Under the pieces are notes generated by a model. That model did no database searches, was not told the DNA's origin, and saw nothing but the letters and a program-made list of their open reading frames with translations. The position numbers and the translations under genes were made by a program. DNA of 29,262 nt from contig CAVTQK010000011.1 of the NCBI GenBank assembly GCA_963736855.1, positions 1 through 29,262 on the forward strand, in the 5' to 3' direction. Positions 19,197-28,725 of this stretch are shown in pieces (position 1 is the stretch's first letter; each line of letters begins with the position of its first letter). The DNA comes from an uncultured delta proteobacterium. GTDB taxonomy: Bacteria; Desulfobacterota; Desulfobacteria; Desulfobacterales; UBA2156.

Positions 19197-19626
19197 AAAA
19201 TATGAAGTGGCCGTGGAATCCAACCAGACGCTGGTCGATTTACTGCGCTATCAACTGGGACTGACAGGCACCAAAAAAGGATGTGAACTGGGTGATTGCG
19301 GTTCCTGCACGGTGATCATGGACGGAAAACCGGTCAATTCCTGCCTGGTTCTGGCTCTGCAAGCCAACGGCAAAACCATCACCACCATTGAAGGGCTCGA
19401 AACCGACAAGGGGCTGCACCCGATTCAGAAGGCATTTGTCGAAAAGGGAGCGATCCAATGCGGATTCTGCACATCCGGCATGATTCTGTCGTCCAAAAGC
19501 CTCCTGGATCACAATTCCAATCCGGGTGAAAGCGATATACGACGGGCGATTTCCGGAAATCTCTGTCGGTGTACCGGCTATCAGAAAATCATCGAAGCCG
19601 TCAAATCGGTCAACCGCGATCATTGA
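19162..19626 (+). CDS. Xanthine dehydrogenase-family 2x[2Fe-2S] small subunit (CoxS/XdhC type)
   Basis: GTKKGCELGDCGSCTV...NSCL, QCGFCTSG, GNLCRCTGY. Confidence 0.95.
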   Translation: MKKLIQLTVNDKKYEVAVESNQTLVDLLRYQLGLTGTKKGCELGDCGSCTVIMDGKPVNSCLVLALQANGKTITTIEGLETDKGLHPIQKAFVEKGAIQCGFCTSGMILSSKSLLDHNSNPGESDIRRAISGNLCRCTGYQKIIEAVKSVNRDH

Positions 19627-19696
19627 GTCGTAGGACTTTAATAATCCCATCCAGAAAAAAATAGAGCTTCCGATCAAGGGAAATAGGAGACATCTG

Positions 19697-22051
19697 ATGA
19701 ATGATTTCAGAGTAATCAACACAAGAAAGGCGCGGGTGGACGCACCGGCCAAAGCGACCGGTCAAGCCGTCTTTATCGACGACATGCGTATACCGGGGAT
19801 GTTATATGGAGCGCTTTTACAGAGTCCGGTGGCGCATGCCCGGATCCTGAATATCGACACCGATACCGCTTGCAAGCTGCCGGGCGTTAAAGATGTCGTG
19901 ACCTCCCGGGAGGCCGGTCTTGGTGAAATACGGGGTCAGTCCGGCCCGCTACGACGAAACCCTTTTTGCCCATGATAAAGTCCGCTACGTGGGGGATGAA
20001 ATCGCTGCCGTGGCGGCGGTGGATATCGAAACCGCCCTGGAGGCGGTTTCACTGATCAAGGTCGAATACGAAGAACTCCCGGCGGTGTTAACCATCGAAG
20101 ACGCCATGGCTGAAGGCGCTCCTCTGATTCATGCCGAGTATCCGCGCAATATCTGCGCCGAGGTTCACCAGGAGTTCGGCGACGTTGCAGCGGCCTTTGA
20201 AGAATGCGACTATATCCGAACGGATACTTTTAAAAACAAACGCCAGGACGCAGCCTTCATCGAACCCCAGGGATGTCTGGCCTCCTATGATCTTTCCGGA
20301 CGATTGACGCTCTATTCATCAACCCAGGTGCCCCATTATCTCCAGCGCACGGTGGCCATGGTATTAGGGCTGCCGGTGGGACGAGTGCGGGTTGTAAAAC
20401 CTTATGTGGGAGGGGGCTTCGGTATCAAGGCCGCCGCCAATCCCATGGAGCTGGCTGCCTGTCTGCTTTCCATGCGCACCGGAAAACCGGTGAAGATGAA
20501 CTACTCGCGAGAGCAGGTCTTCATGTTCAGTCGCGCTCGCCACCAGTTCTTTCATACCATGACGACCGGAGTCAAAAAAGACGGCACCCTGATGGCACTC
20601 AAACATGAGTGCTATCTCGACGGCGGCGCCTACTCCAGTTTCGGCATCGCCACGGTCTATTATGCCGGATCGCTTTTGGGAGGACCCTATCGACTTCCCA
20701 ACATGAAATATGACGGATACCGGGTTTACACCAATAAGCCTGCCTGCGGTGCCCAACGGGGGCATGGCGGGGTCATCGCCAGGGCCGCATTCGAGCAGCA
20801 GTTGGACATCATTGCAGAAAAGCTGGGCATGGATCCCATCGAGCTGAGGTTGAAAAATGTCATGACTGCAGGTGATGTGACCTGCAACGATCTCAACATG
20901 AGCAGCCTGGGAATGAAAGAGTGCATCGAAGCGGTGAGAGACGACTCCGGATGGCACTCCAAAAAGGGTAAACTCCCCAGAGGCCGGGGCATCGGGATGT
21001 CCTGCGGCTTCTTTGTATCCGGGGCCGGCTATCCGATATACCGCTCTGACACCTTTCACAGTACCGTGGTTGTCAAACTGACCGAAGACGGCGGCACGGT
21101 GCTCGTATATACGGCTTCAGCCGAAATCGGCCAGGGCTCGGACACCACGATGGCCATGATTGTTGCGGAAGCCTTGGGCGTAAACCTCGAAGATGTGCGG
21201 ATCGAATCCGGGCGATACCGATTTCGGCGTTGATCTCGGGAGCCTACTCCAGCCGGCAGACTCTGATGACCGGTCACGCGGCCAAGAGTGCTGCAGAGGA
21301 TGCGAAACGACAGATACTGGAGGTGTTGTCGGAGGAACTGAAGATTCCTGTCGAGGAAATGGACATTAAAAACAGCCGAATCGAGTTCAAAGGGCCGAAT
21401 GTGGATTTTTTCCAGCTTCGAAACCGATATATCAAGGAACATCGCGGCTGGACCGATCATCCGATGACGGATCCTCTGACATTTAAAGAAGCATCCCGCA
21501 TCGCCTATCTGGCTAGAGGCACGATTGTGGGTAACGGCAAATACAAGCCCCCGGAGTTAGGCGGAAAGTTCAAAGGGGCCGCAGTCGGAACTTCCCCGGC
21601 TTACGGCTGCAGCGCTCAAGTTGTCGAAGTCAGCGTGGACGTGGAAACCGGGCATATCACGGTTGAAAAAGTCACCGATGCCCATGACTGCGGACGCGCC
21701 ATCAACCGCAACTCTGTTGAAGGTCAAATGGAAGGTTCGGTTTTCATGGGACTGGGGGAAGCGCTTTTTGAAGAGGTCAAATTCGATGACAAAGGGCGCG
21801 TCATCAACAGCGACCTGGCCGAATACAAGATGCCCACCGCTCTCGACATGCCGCCGGTCAAAGCGATTATCGTGGAAAGCAACGAACCGAATGGCCCCTT
21901 TGGAGCCAAAGAGGTCGGCGAGGGTGCCATTATGCCGACTATTCCGGCGGTATTGAATGCCGTTTATGATGCCATCGGCGTTCGATTCACCGAGCTTCCT
22001 CTGACCTGTGAACGGGTTTTTACCCTACTGCAGAAAAAGCTAAAAGACTGA
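19697..22051 (+). CDS. Xanthine oxidase-family molybdopterin large subunit, 4-hydroxybenzoyl-CoA reductase alpha (HcrA)-like (frameshifts near 19920 and 21215-21235)
   Basis: RVDAPAKATG, SPVAHARI, DKVRYVGDEIAAVAA, STQVPHY, GGGFG, YTNKPACGAQRGHG, EIGQGS, GAYSSR, VEGQMEG, GPFGAKEVGEG. Confidence 0.9.
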
Positions 22052-22469
22052 AAAACTCACCAACTCCTCATCACCAAACCTGAAACATTTTTTCTCAGGG
22101 TCGGAAGGCTTCATTAGCGGATGCTCTCGCTTTACAACGGAATCTCTGCGGCAAACGAAATGAAGGATGCAACTTGAATCATGCTTTCAAACGGTTCCGG
22201 TCCCCGGCGCTGATAATGATGGCTTAAGAATCCCTTTTTAAGCATTATTTGAGCTACAAAGGTCGATCATCCCATCTGCTTGAAAAATGAACATTCATAA
22301 GGTCAAATCTTAAAAAAATTCTCCTTTTTTATGGGAAACATGCTTTGGGATTTACCAACGGTTAGAAAACTGATATAGTTTCTTATAAATACCATTGGAA
22401 ATCATGAAGCATAATTTGTTTATCCGACTTTCTTGAAACCCATATATTTCGAAATATCGGAGATCAAAC

Positions 22470-23651
22470 ATGATAGATACCCGCCCTTCTTTATCAGGTG
22501 ATTCTAATTTTTTAAATCTCGGGGAATTGCTGCAGGTCTTAGGTTCCAAAGGGAGTACAGGCATTCTCGAGTTAAGAAGCAAATACGTCCAAACTCCTGG
22601 ATTCATCTATATTCATAACGGGAATCCTGTTGATGCGGTAAATGAATCGCTTTCGGGCCTGGAGGCGATTCATTCCCTTTTCGGATGGTCGGAGGCCGAG
22701 TTTTTTTTCTTTGAAACCCCTCTCCAGAGGGAAAAGACCATCCTTGAGGGAAGGATGCATATTATTCTCGAGGGACTGCGTATGCTTGATGAGGGCATTG
22801 TCCAAAGACAAGGTCCCGTCGTCCATACTCCAAGCGCCTCATCCCTGACATTGATCAAAGGACCTTTGATTGATTATTCCTATGTTTCGGGCGAGGACTA
22901 TTTTAGAAAAGGTCGGGAGATCGTCACCGAAAACAAGCATGGGCAATGGATCTGGGTTGTTTTGGATGGAATTATTGAGATCAGTAAGTTCACATCCAAG
23001 GGACCGGTGAAAATTATCCGCATCACCAACGGATCTTTCCTGGGAAGACCGGCGACTTTAAGATTTATCGGATCGGTAAGAAGCGCCAGCGCCACGGCTG
23101 TGACGAATGTCACTTTAGGGGTCATTAATTCGCAACAATGTCTGGATGATTTCAACGCGCGTTCGCAGTCCTATCGCCGCCTGGTCAACAGCCTGGATAA
23201 GCGGCTGAGGCAAGTTACCGATTATGCGGCAAAGATCTTTATTGGAGAAAACCCGGCCGAGGTTATCCTTAATCAGCGGACCCCTTATGACTTACCGAAA
23301 GGAGATGATAATTGGGGTGCCTTCATTAAAAAGGGAACAGCTTCCATAATACGACATATGGAACAGGGTCTCGTTCCCCTGGCTCTGCTTGAAACCGATG
23401 ACTTTTTAGGCCGTGTTCCCTTCATGGATGTGGGCCATGAACCCGGTGCCGCCTCAGTATTTGGATCCAAAGACCTGGAACTGGAGGTAATAGACTCGAA
23501 AGAACTCCGAAAGGACCACAACCGGGCTTCGCCCACACTCAGAAATATTACTGAACATATCATCACCTGCGTTTCGGTAACCTCTTCATTGGCATGCCAA
23601 TTCCATAAGCAGCACTCCGAGGAATCTCAATCACTCCCAAAATCGGTGTGA
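22470..23651 (+). CDS. DUF4388 (PatA-like) plus cyclic-nucleotide-binding domain protein
   Basis: N-terminal LSGD..FLNLGELLQVLG...STGIL...G.IYIHNGNPVDA...GLEAIHSLFGWSEAEFFF (DUF4388); then YFRKGREIVTE..HG.WIWVVLDG...GSFLG...RSASATA (cNMP/Crp-like), followed by a second degenerate copy. Confidence 0.78.
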   Translation: MIDTRPSLSGDSNFLNLGELLQVLGSKGSTGILELRSKYVQTPGFIYIHNGNPVDAVNESLSGLEAIHSLFGWSEAEFFFFETPLQREKTILEGRMHIILEGLRMLDEGIVQRQGPVVHTPSASSLTLIKGPLIDYSYVSGEDYFRKGREIVTENKHGQWIWVVLDGIIEISKFTSKGPVKIIRITNGSFLGRPATLRFIGSVRSASATAVTNVTLGVINSQQCLDDFNARSQSYRRLVNSLDKRLRQVTDYAAKIFIGENPAEVILNQRTPYDLPKGDDNWGAFIKKGTASIIRHMEQGLVPLALLETDDFLGRVPFMDVGHEPGAASVFGSKDLELEVIDSKELRKDHNRASPTLRNITEHIITCVSVTSSLACQFHKQHSEESQSLPKSV

Positions 23652-23706
23652 CCGGCATCCGAGATTACCCTTTGGAAAAACCGGCGAAAACCCTGGAGAA
23701 CCAGCC

Positions 23707-24634
23707 TTGAAGCAAAGACCGGATGTCCTCGTTGTGGGGCGCTGTTGTGTGGATTATATCGCGGTCGTCGATACTTTCCCTAAAGAGGACACCAAGGCGC
23801 CGCTCGCATTCAGAATCATCGAAGGAGGGGGACAGGGAGGAACCGCTTCATCCTGTATTGCAAGACTCGGAGGAAAGACTCTGTATGTCGGCAGGTTGGG
23901 AAATGACGCAGAGGGTCGATTCTGCATGCAGCGATTGAAAGATTTCGGAGTAGACACATCCCTGGTCAATGTCGTGGAGGGCGGCACAACACCGGTGGCT
24001 TATATCTTCGTAACGCAATCCAGCGGCAAGAGAACCATTATCTATGAGCGAAATGCGCTGCCTCGGCTTAAAATCATGGATATAAAGCCCGCCCTATCCC
24101 ATAGGCCGAGGGTACTCCTGTTGGACCCGGAAACGACCTATCTGGCAAAAAGCCTAAAACCCAAAACGGCCGGTAACACCCGAATCGTTTATGACTGTGA
24201 AAGGTGGCGAGAGGGTATGGAGGCCATGATGGCTGAAGCCGATTTTTTCATACCGTCTTCTTCATTCCTGGATTCGGAACAACTCGGCTTCGAAGCGCTT
24301 GGATTTGCGGAAAAAATGTTTTATTTTAAAGCCCGCATCAAAGGCGAATTGATCGTGACGCGAGGTTCCAAGGGCGCCTTCTATATTTCAGATGATGCTC
24401 TGTTCCATGTCCCGGCACCGAAAGTGCCCGTCAAAGACACGACAGGAGCCGGAGACAATTTTCATGCTGCATTTGCCCTTGCCCTCGCCCAGGGGTCTGA
24501 ACATTCATGAAACGGTACGTTTCTCTGTTGCCGTTGCCTCCCTTTCATGCCGGGAGTACGGCGGTCGAAACGGCATCCCTCAAAACCAGGAAGCGACCCG
24601 TCTGGCCGAGACGCTTAAAACAAGAAGACTTTAA
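23707..24634 (+). CDS. PfkB-family carbohydrate kinase (frameshift near 24490)
   Basis: VLVVGRCCVD, GGGQGGTA..IARLG, GRLGNDAEG, IVTRGSKG, DTTGAGDNFHAAF; continues in ORF 24392..24634 (A.ASLSCREYGGRNGIP). Confidence 0.9.
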
Positions 24635-24651
24635 ATCTTTCCTCCCCCGCA

Positions 24652-24990
24652 TTATTGCTGCCATCCGCCGAGCAGGTGCAAATGAAGATGAAAAATCACC
24701 TGCCCGCCCCCTCGCTCGACATTAAAAAACAGTTTATATCCGGACATGTGTATCTCAAGGCGTCTGGCCATCTCCCTGGCTGTTAAAACTAAATCGGCAA
24801 GGAGCTCCCGATCCGCATCCTCCATATCATTGATGCTTCGAATATGCTTTTTGGGCACGATCAGCAGGTGAACCGGGGCATGGGGGCGGATATCCCTGAA
24901 CACCACCAATCGATCGGTTTCATGCAAAAACTCCGTATCCGTCTTCCCGGAAGAAATCTTGCAAAACAAACAGTCGGTTTCCATGTTCAT
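24652..24990 (-). CDS. hinT: Histidine triad nucleotide-binding protein (HIT family)
   Basis: DCLFCKI, FRDIRPHAPVHLLIVPKKH, GGQVIFHLHLHLLGG. Confidence 0.94.
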   Translation of the reverse strand: MNMETDCLFCKISSGKTDTEFLHETDRLVVFRDIRPHAPVHLLIVPKKHIRSINDMEDADRELLADLVLTAREMARRLEIHMSGYKLFFNVERGGGQVIFHLHLHLLGGWQQ

Positions 24991-25037
24991 TTTCCTTAGA
25001 CCTAAATTGATCGTTTTAAATAATCGCTCAATTTAGG

Positions 25038-25769
25038 TTAGAGTATTTTCGAATCGTTCTTCGAATGCAGCGCCTTTTCTTTATCAATTTTCCATTTTCC
25101 CGGCCGGGTGGGAGTTTTCAGGGACTTTTCCAGAATCTCTAAAAATAGACCGCGCGGTATATGCTGGGCTCCCATGCGTATCAGGTAAGTCGTAGTGGTT
25201 TGGCAATCGATCATGGAAAAGGACCATTTTAAAAGCTGACCGACAAGATAGACCAGCGCCACCTTCGATGCGTTGGGTATACGACTGAACATGGATTCAC
25301 CGAAAAAGCTACTTCCCAACGCCACACCATAAAGACCGCCGCAGATTTTGTCCTCATTCCAAATTTCCACCGAATCGGCAAATCCATATTCATGAAGGCG
25401 ACAATAAGCTTCGATCATGTTTTGATCGATCCAAGTCTCTCCCCCTCTTTCCAGACGGACCCGGCCGCATTCGGTGATCACCTCCCGGAAAGCCGTATCC
25501 ATGGTTACCGTAAAAGGTCCGTTCTTAAGCACCCGCTTGAGGCGTCTTGAAATATGGAGCTTTTTCGGGAAAAGCACCAGACGGGGATCCGGAGACCACC
25601 ACAGGATAGGTTCACCTCCTCCGTACCATGGAAAGATCCCGTTTCGATAGGCGGCAATCAGGCGTTCAATGCTAAGATCGCCGCCTACCGCCAGAAGACC
25701 GTTGCTCTGGGCAAGGTACGACGGAGGAAAAACCGGTTTATCTGAAAGGAGAAAAACAGCCATTGGCAT
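25038..25769 (-). CDS. aat: Leucyl/phenylalanyl-tRNA--protein transferase
   Basis: GLLAVGGDLS..RLIAAYRNGIFPW, WWSPDPR, GGLYGV, FFGESMFS, NASKVAL, IDCQ. Confidence 0.96.
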   Translation of the reverse strand: MPMAVFLLSDKPVFPPSYLAQSNGLLAVGGDLSIERLIAAYRNGIFPWYGGGEPILWWSPDPRLVLFPKKLHISRRLKRVLKNGPFTVTMDTAFREVITECGRVRLERGGETWIDQNMIEAYCRLHEYGFADSVEIWNEDKICGGLYGVALGSSFFGESMFSRIPNASKVALVYLVGQLLKWSFSMIDCQTTTTYLIRMGAQHIPRGLFLEILEKSLKTPTRPGKWKIDKEKALHSKNDSKIL

Positions 25770-25876
25770 TTCGGTGTGACCGGCCGCCTGGACTCAGCAT
25801 AAACCAGTTGCCGGCGATTATGGAAACGGGCACGGATCGAAGCGTTCGGTTGCCCGGAAGTTGAAAAACAGGGCCT

Positions 25877-28114
25877 TTATGTAAATTCAAATTGCAGCGT
25901 ATCCGTTTTCAGATAAATGGCAACCTTCCCTCCTTTTTCCAACTTTCCGAACAAGATCTGTTCAGACAAAACATCTTTGATTTCCGTCTGGATCACCCGG
26001 GCCAAAGGCCTGGCCCCATAAGTGGGGTCATACCCTTTTTGAGCCAGGTACCGCCGAACATCCGGAGACATGGAGACAGTGACTTTCTTGGGAATCAGCT
26101 GATCGTTCAGCTCATCCATAAATTTGTCCACGATCTTTTCCACAATATCCAGGGAAAGCGCACTGAAGTGAACGATGGCATCCAAACGGTTTCGAAATTC
26201 CGGGCTGAAAAAGCTTTCCACGGCCTTTTTCCCCTTGGCTTTCAAGTCGCCCTTGGGATCGCCGAATCCGATAGTCATGGAACTCATCTCTCGCGCCCCC
26301 GCATTGGACGTCATGATGACGATGACGTTTCTGAAATCCGCCTTTTTCCCGTTGTTGTCCGTCAGTGTGGCATGATCCAGTACTTGGAGCAGGATGTTGA
26401 AAAGGTCCATGTGTGCTTTTTCGATTTCGTCCATCAGAAGCACGCTGTGGGGATGTTTACGGATGCCATCCGTCAGGAGTCCTGCCTGATCGAAACCGAT
26501 GTATCCCGGCGGGGCACCGATGAGCCGGGCGACGGTATGCTTTTCCATGTATTCGCTCATGTCGAACCGAATAAATTGAATGCCCAGGTTCATGGCGATC
26601 TGCCGGGCCACCTCGGTCTTGCCGACACCGGTGGGCCCGGTGAAAAGGAATGACCCGATGGGTTTTTCGGGTGTCCTCAAGCCGGCCCGAGCCCTCTTGA
26701 TGGCGGTCACAATGGCATGAATGGCCGGATCCTGTCCGAAGATCTTGTCTTTCAGTCGCCCCTCCAATTCCTCCAGGCGGGCCTTGTCGTTGGAGGACAC
26801 ACTCACTGTGGGGATCTTGGCCATTTTGGCCACGATCTTTTCGATGTCGGAAGGATGGATATTTTTCCTGGACGCGCCCCCACCGGATAGGCGGACTGCG
26901 GCTCCCGCCTCATCGATGACATCGATGGCCTTGTCCGGAAGGAAATGGTCATTGATATATTTGGCGCTCAGTTCCACCGCTGCCTTCAGGGCGGCATCCG
27001 TATAGACGATTCCGTGATGGGCCTCATATCTGGATTTAAGCCCTTTTAAAATCTGAATGGTTTCGGAAACAGGGGGTTCCGGAACTTCGATCTTTTCGAA
27101 CCGGCGGGACATGGCCCGGTCTTTTTCAAAGTGGTTCTTATATTCCTCGTAGGTGGTGGATCCGATGCATCTCAGTTCGCCGGTAGCAAAGACCGGCTTG
27201 AGGATGTTGGACGCATCCATGGAGCCGCTGGATGTGGCACCGGCCCCGACGATGGTATGGATTTCATCGATGAACAAAATGGCGTTCTTCTTGTTTTTCA
27301 GCTCGGCGATTACTCCTTTAAGGCGTTGTTCGAAATCACCACGGAATTTGGTCCCTGCCAGCAATGCCCCCATATCCAACGAATAGATCTGGACATTTTT
27401 CAACAGGTCCGGGATGTCTCCCTTGTGGATCTTCTGCGCGAGTCCCTCTGCGAGGGCCGTCTTCCCCACACCGGGATCTCCCACGAAAATCGGGTTATTC
27501 TTACGTCTGCGGCAGAGAACCTGCACGGTCCGCTCCAGTTCCCGTTCCCTTCCGATGAGAGGATCGAGCTTTTCCTTTGCCGCCATCTCCATCAGGTCGA
27601 CCGTAAATAACGCCAGGGGATCGTCCTTTTTCTTTTCCGCCTTCTGGGTTTTGACAGTCCCTCCGATCACGTCCGCAAACGGATCTTTGGGCACGCCGTG
27701 GGTAATAGAGTTGAGAACGTCCAGCCGGGTGATCCCCTCCTGTCCTAAGAAATAAGCCGCATAGGAATCGGTTTCCAGAAAAATGGAGGCTAAAATGTCA
27801 CCGATTTCCACTTCCTGTTTCTCGGCATTTCGCACGTGATTGACTGCGCGCTGGATGACTCTCTGGAATCCCAGCGTCTGCTGGAGCACGTAATCGCTTT
27901 CCTCCGGAACTGTCGCCATCTTTTCATCGAAGAATCGCTTCAGGCGTTGCTTAAGATTGCCGATGTCTCCACCGCAGTTCTGAATGATTTCTTTCCCATT
28001 TTCATCATGAAGAATGGCAAACAGGATATGTTCGATGGAGACATACTCGTGGCGTCTTCTCTTGGCTTCACTGACGGCAAAACCGAGCGTCGCGCTCAAT
28101 TCTTTGCTGATCAT
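25877..28114 (-). CDS. clpA: ATP-dependent Clp protease ATP-binding subunit ClpA
   Basis: 745 aa; Clp N-domain (HEYVSIEHIL), two AAA modules (GDPGVGKT, FIDEIH; GPTGVGKT, MDEIEKAH), IGF loop, no ClpB middle domain; downstream of clpS. Confidence 0.97.
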   Translation of the reverse strand: MISKELSATLGFAVSEAKRRRHEYVSIEHILFAILHDENGKEIIQNCGGDIGNLKQRLKRFFDEKMATVPEESDYVLQQTLGFQRVIQRAVNHVRNAEKQEVEIGDILASIFLETDSYAAYFLGQEGITRLDVLNSITHGVPKDPFADVIGGTVKTQKAEKKKDDPLALFTVDLMEMAAKEKLDPLIGRERELERTVQVLCRRRKNNPIFVGDPGVGKTALAEGLAQKIHKGDIPDLLKNVQIYSLDMGALLAGTKFRGDFEQRLKGVIAELKNKKNAILFIDEIHTIVGAGATSSGSMDASNILKPVFATGELRCIGSTTYEEYKNHFEKDRAMSRRFEKIEVPEPPVSETIQILKGLKSRYEAHHGIVYTDAALKAAVELSAKYINDHFLPDKAIDVIDEAGAAVRLSGGGASRKNIHPSDIEKIVAKMAKIPTVSVSSNDKARLEELEGRLKDKIFGQDPAIHAIVTAIKRARAGLRTPEKPIGSFLFTGPTGVGKTEVARQIAMNLGIQFIRFDMSEYMEKHTVARLIGAPPGYIGFDQAGLLTDGIRKHPHSVLLMDEIEKAHMDLFNILLQVLDHATLTDNNGKKADFRNVIVIMTSNAGAREMSSMTIGFGDPKGDLKAKGKKAVESFFSPEFRNRLDAIVHFSALSLDIVEKIVDKFMDELNDQLIPKKVTVSMSPDVRRYLAQKGYDPTYGARPLARVIQTEIKDVLSEQILFGKLEKGGKVAIYLKTDTLQFEFT

Positions 28115-28118
28115 CGGT

Positions 28119-28439
28119 TTACTCTCTTTCCATGGTGCATTTTAGCGGAAAACCGTTTTCATGCGCCAGTGCATGAACCTTTTGGACTTTTGTTTCCGCA
28201 ACCTCAAAGGTGAACACTCCGCATATCCCGATACCGATTTTGTGTACATTCAGCATGATCCGTGTGGCATCTCCCATCGACTTGTTGAAAACACTCATTA
28301 GAATAAAAACGACGAAATCCATGGTGGTATAATCATCATTGTGGAGGAGTACCCGATACATAGCCGGCTCCCGTGTCTCAACATCGGACTCCGAAATGGG
28401 CGGTTTCTTCTTTTCTTCACCGGGTTCGTATCCACCCAT
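28119..28439 (-). CDS. clpS: ATP-dependent Clp protease adaptor ClpS
   Basis: [18 protein letters not shown]...[21 protein letters not shown]...FPLKCTME. Confidence 0.97.
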   Translation of the reverse strand: MGGYEPGEEKKKPPISESDVETREPAMYRVLLHNDDYTTMDFVVFILMSVFNKSMGDATRIMLNVHKIGIGICGVFTFEVAETKVQKVHALAHENGFPLKCTMERE

Positions 28440-28502
28440 TCATCTTTTCTCCTAAAACTGACGTTTTATCGGCTCATTTCATTAAAAGGGGCTTATATTA
28501 GA

Positions 28503-28531
28503 AATATAAAGTTGCAGACTGTAAAAATCAA
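28503..28531 (-). promoter_or_regulatory. Sigma70-type promoter for clpS-clpA
   Basis: Minus strand TTGATT-N17-TATATT. Confidence 0.5.
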
Positions 28532-28556
28532 GCCCTACGACGCCTTGAAATTAATT

Positions 28557-28704
28557 TTGACGGCTTCTAAAAAAGTCCAATTTGCGTTGCGCTTCATCCC
28601 GTTGCGATTTCGACGTACGATAGTTATCACACGGGATTCGCGACGCCTTGAACTTGAACTTTTTGCTTTGCCATCTAATTTTCGACTTTTTATGAGTTCA
28701 TCAA
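28557..28704. repeat. ~150-bp non-coding MITE/REP-like element with imperfect terminal inverted repeats
   Basis: TTGACGGCTTCTAAAAAAGTC (28557-28577) is inverted to GACTTTTTATGAGTTCATCAA (28684-28704) at 15/21; a further right-end-like copy AACTTTTTGCTTTGCCATC lies inside; resembles, from memory, intergenic repeats of Desulfobacterales. Confidence 0.65.
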
Positions 28705-28725
28705 TCTCCAAATGAGCGATATTTT

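Noticed and set aside
11724..22051. Pseudogenisation or programmed frameshifting of the fdh and hydroxylase genes
   Set aside because: The same indel pattern affects essential secA, no consistent slippery sites are visible and catalytic motifs are intact; sequencing error is more parsimonious.
19697..22051. Aerobic CO dehydrogenase (CoxMSL), suggested by M-S-L gene order
   Set aside because: The active-site loop is GAQRGHG, not the AYxCSFR of form I CoxL.
22150..22175. c-di-GMP-I riboswitch-like words (GGCAAAC...GAAA...GGATGCAA)
   Set aside because: No paired stem around the GAAA and no recognisable second hairpin.
28341..28715. 124-aa plus-strand ORF
   Set aside because: Overlaps clpS antisense, its promoter and the non-coding repeat; no protein-like features.
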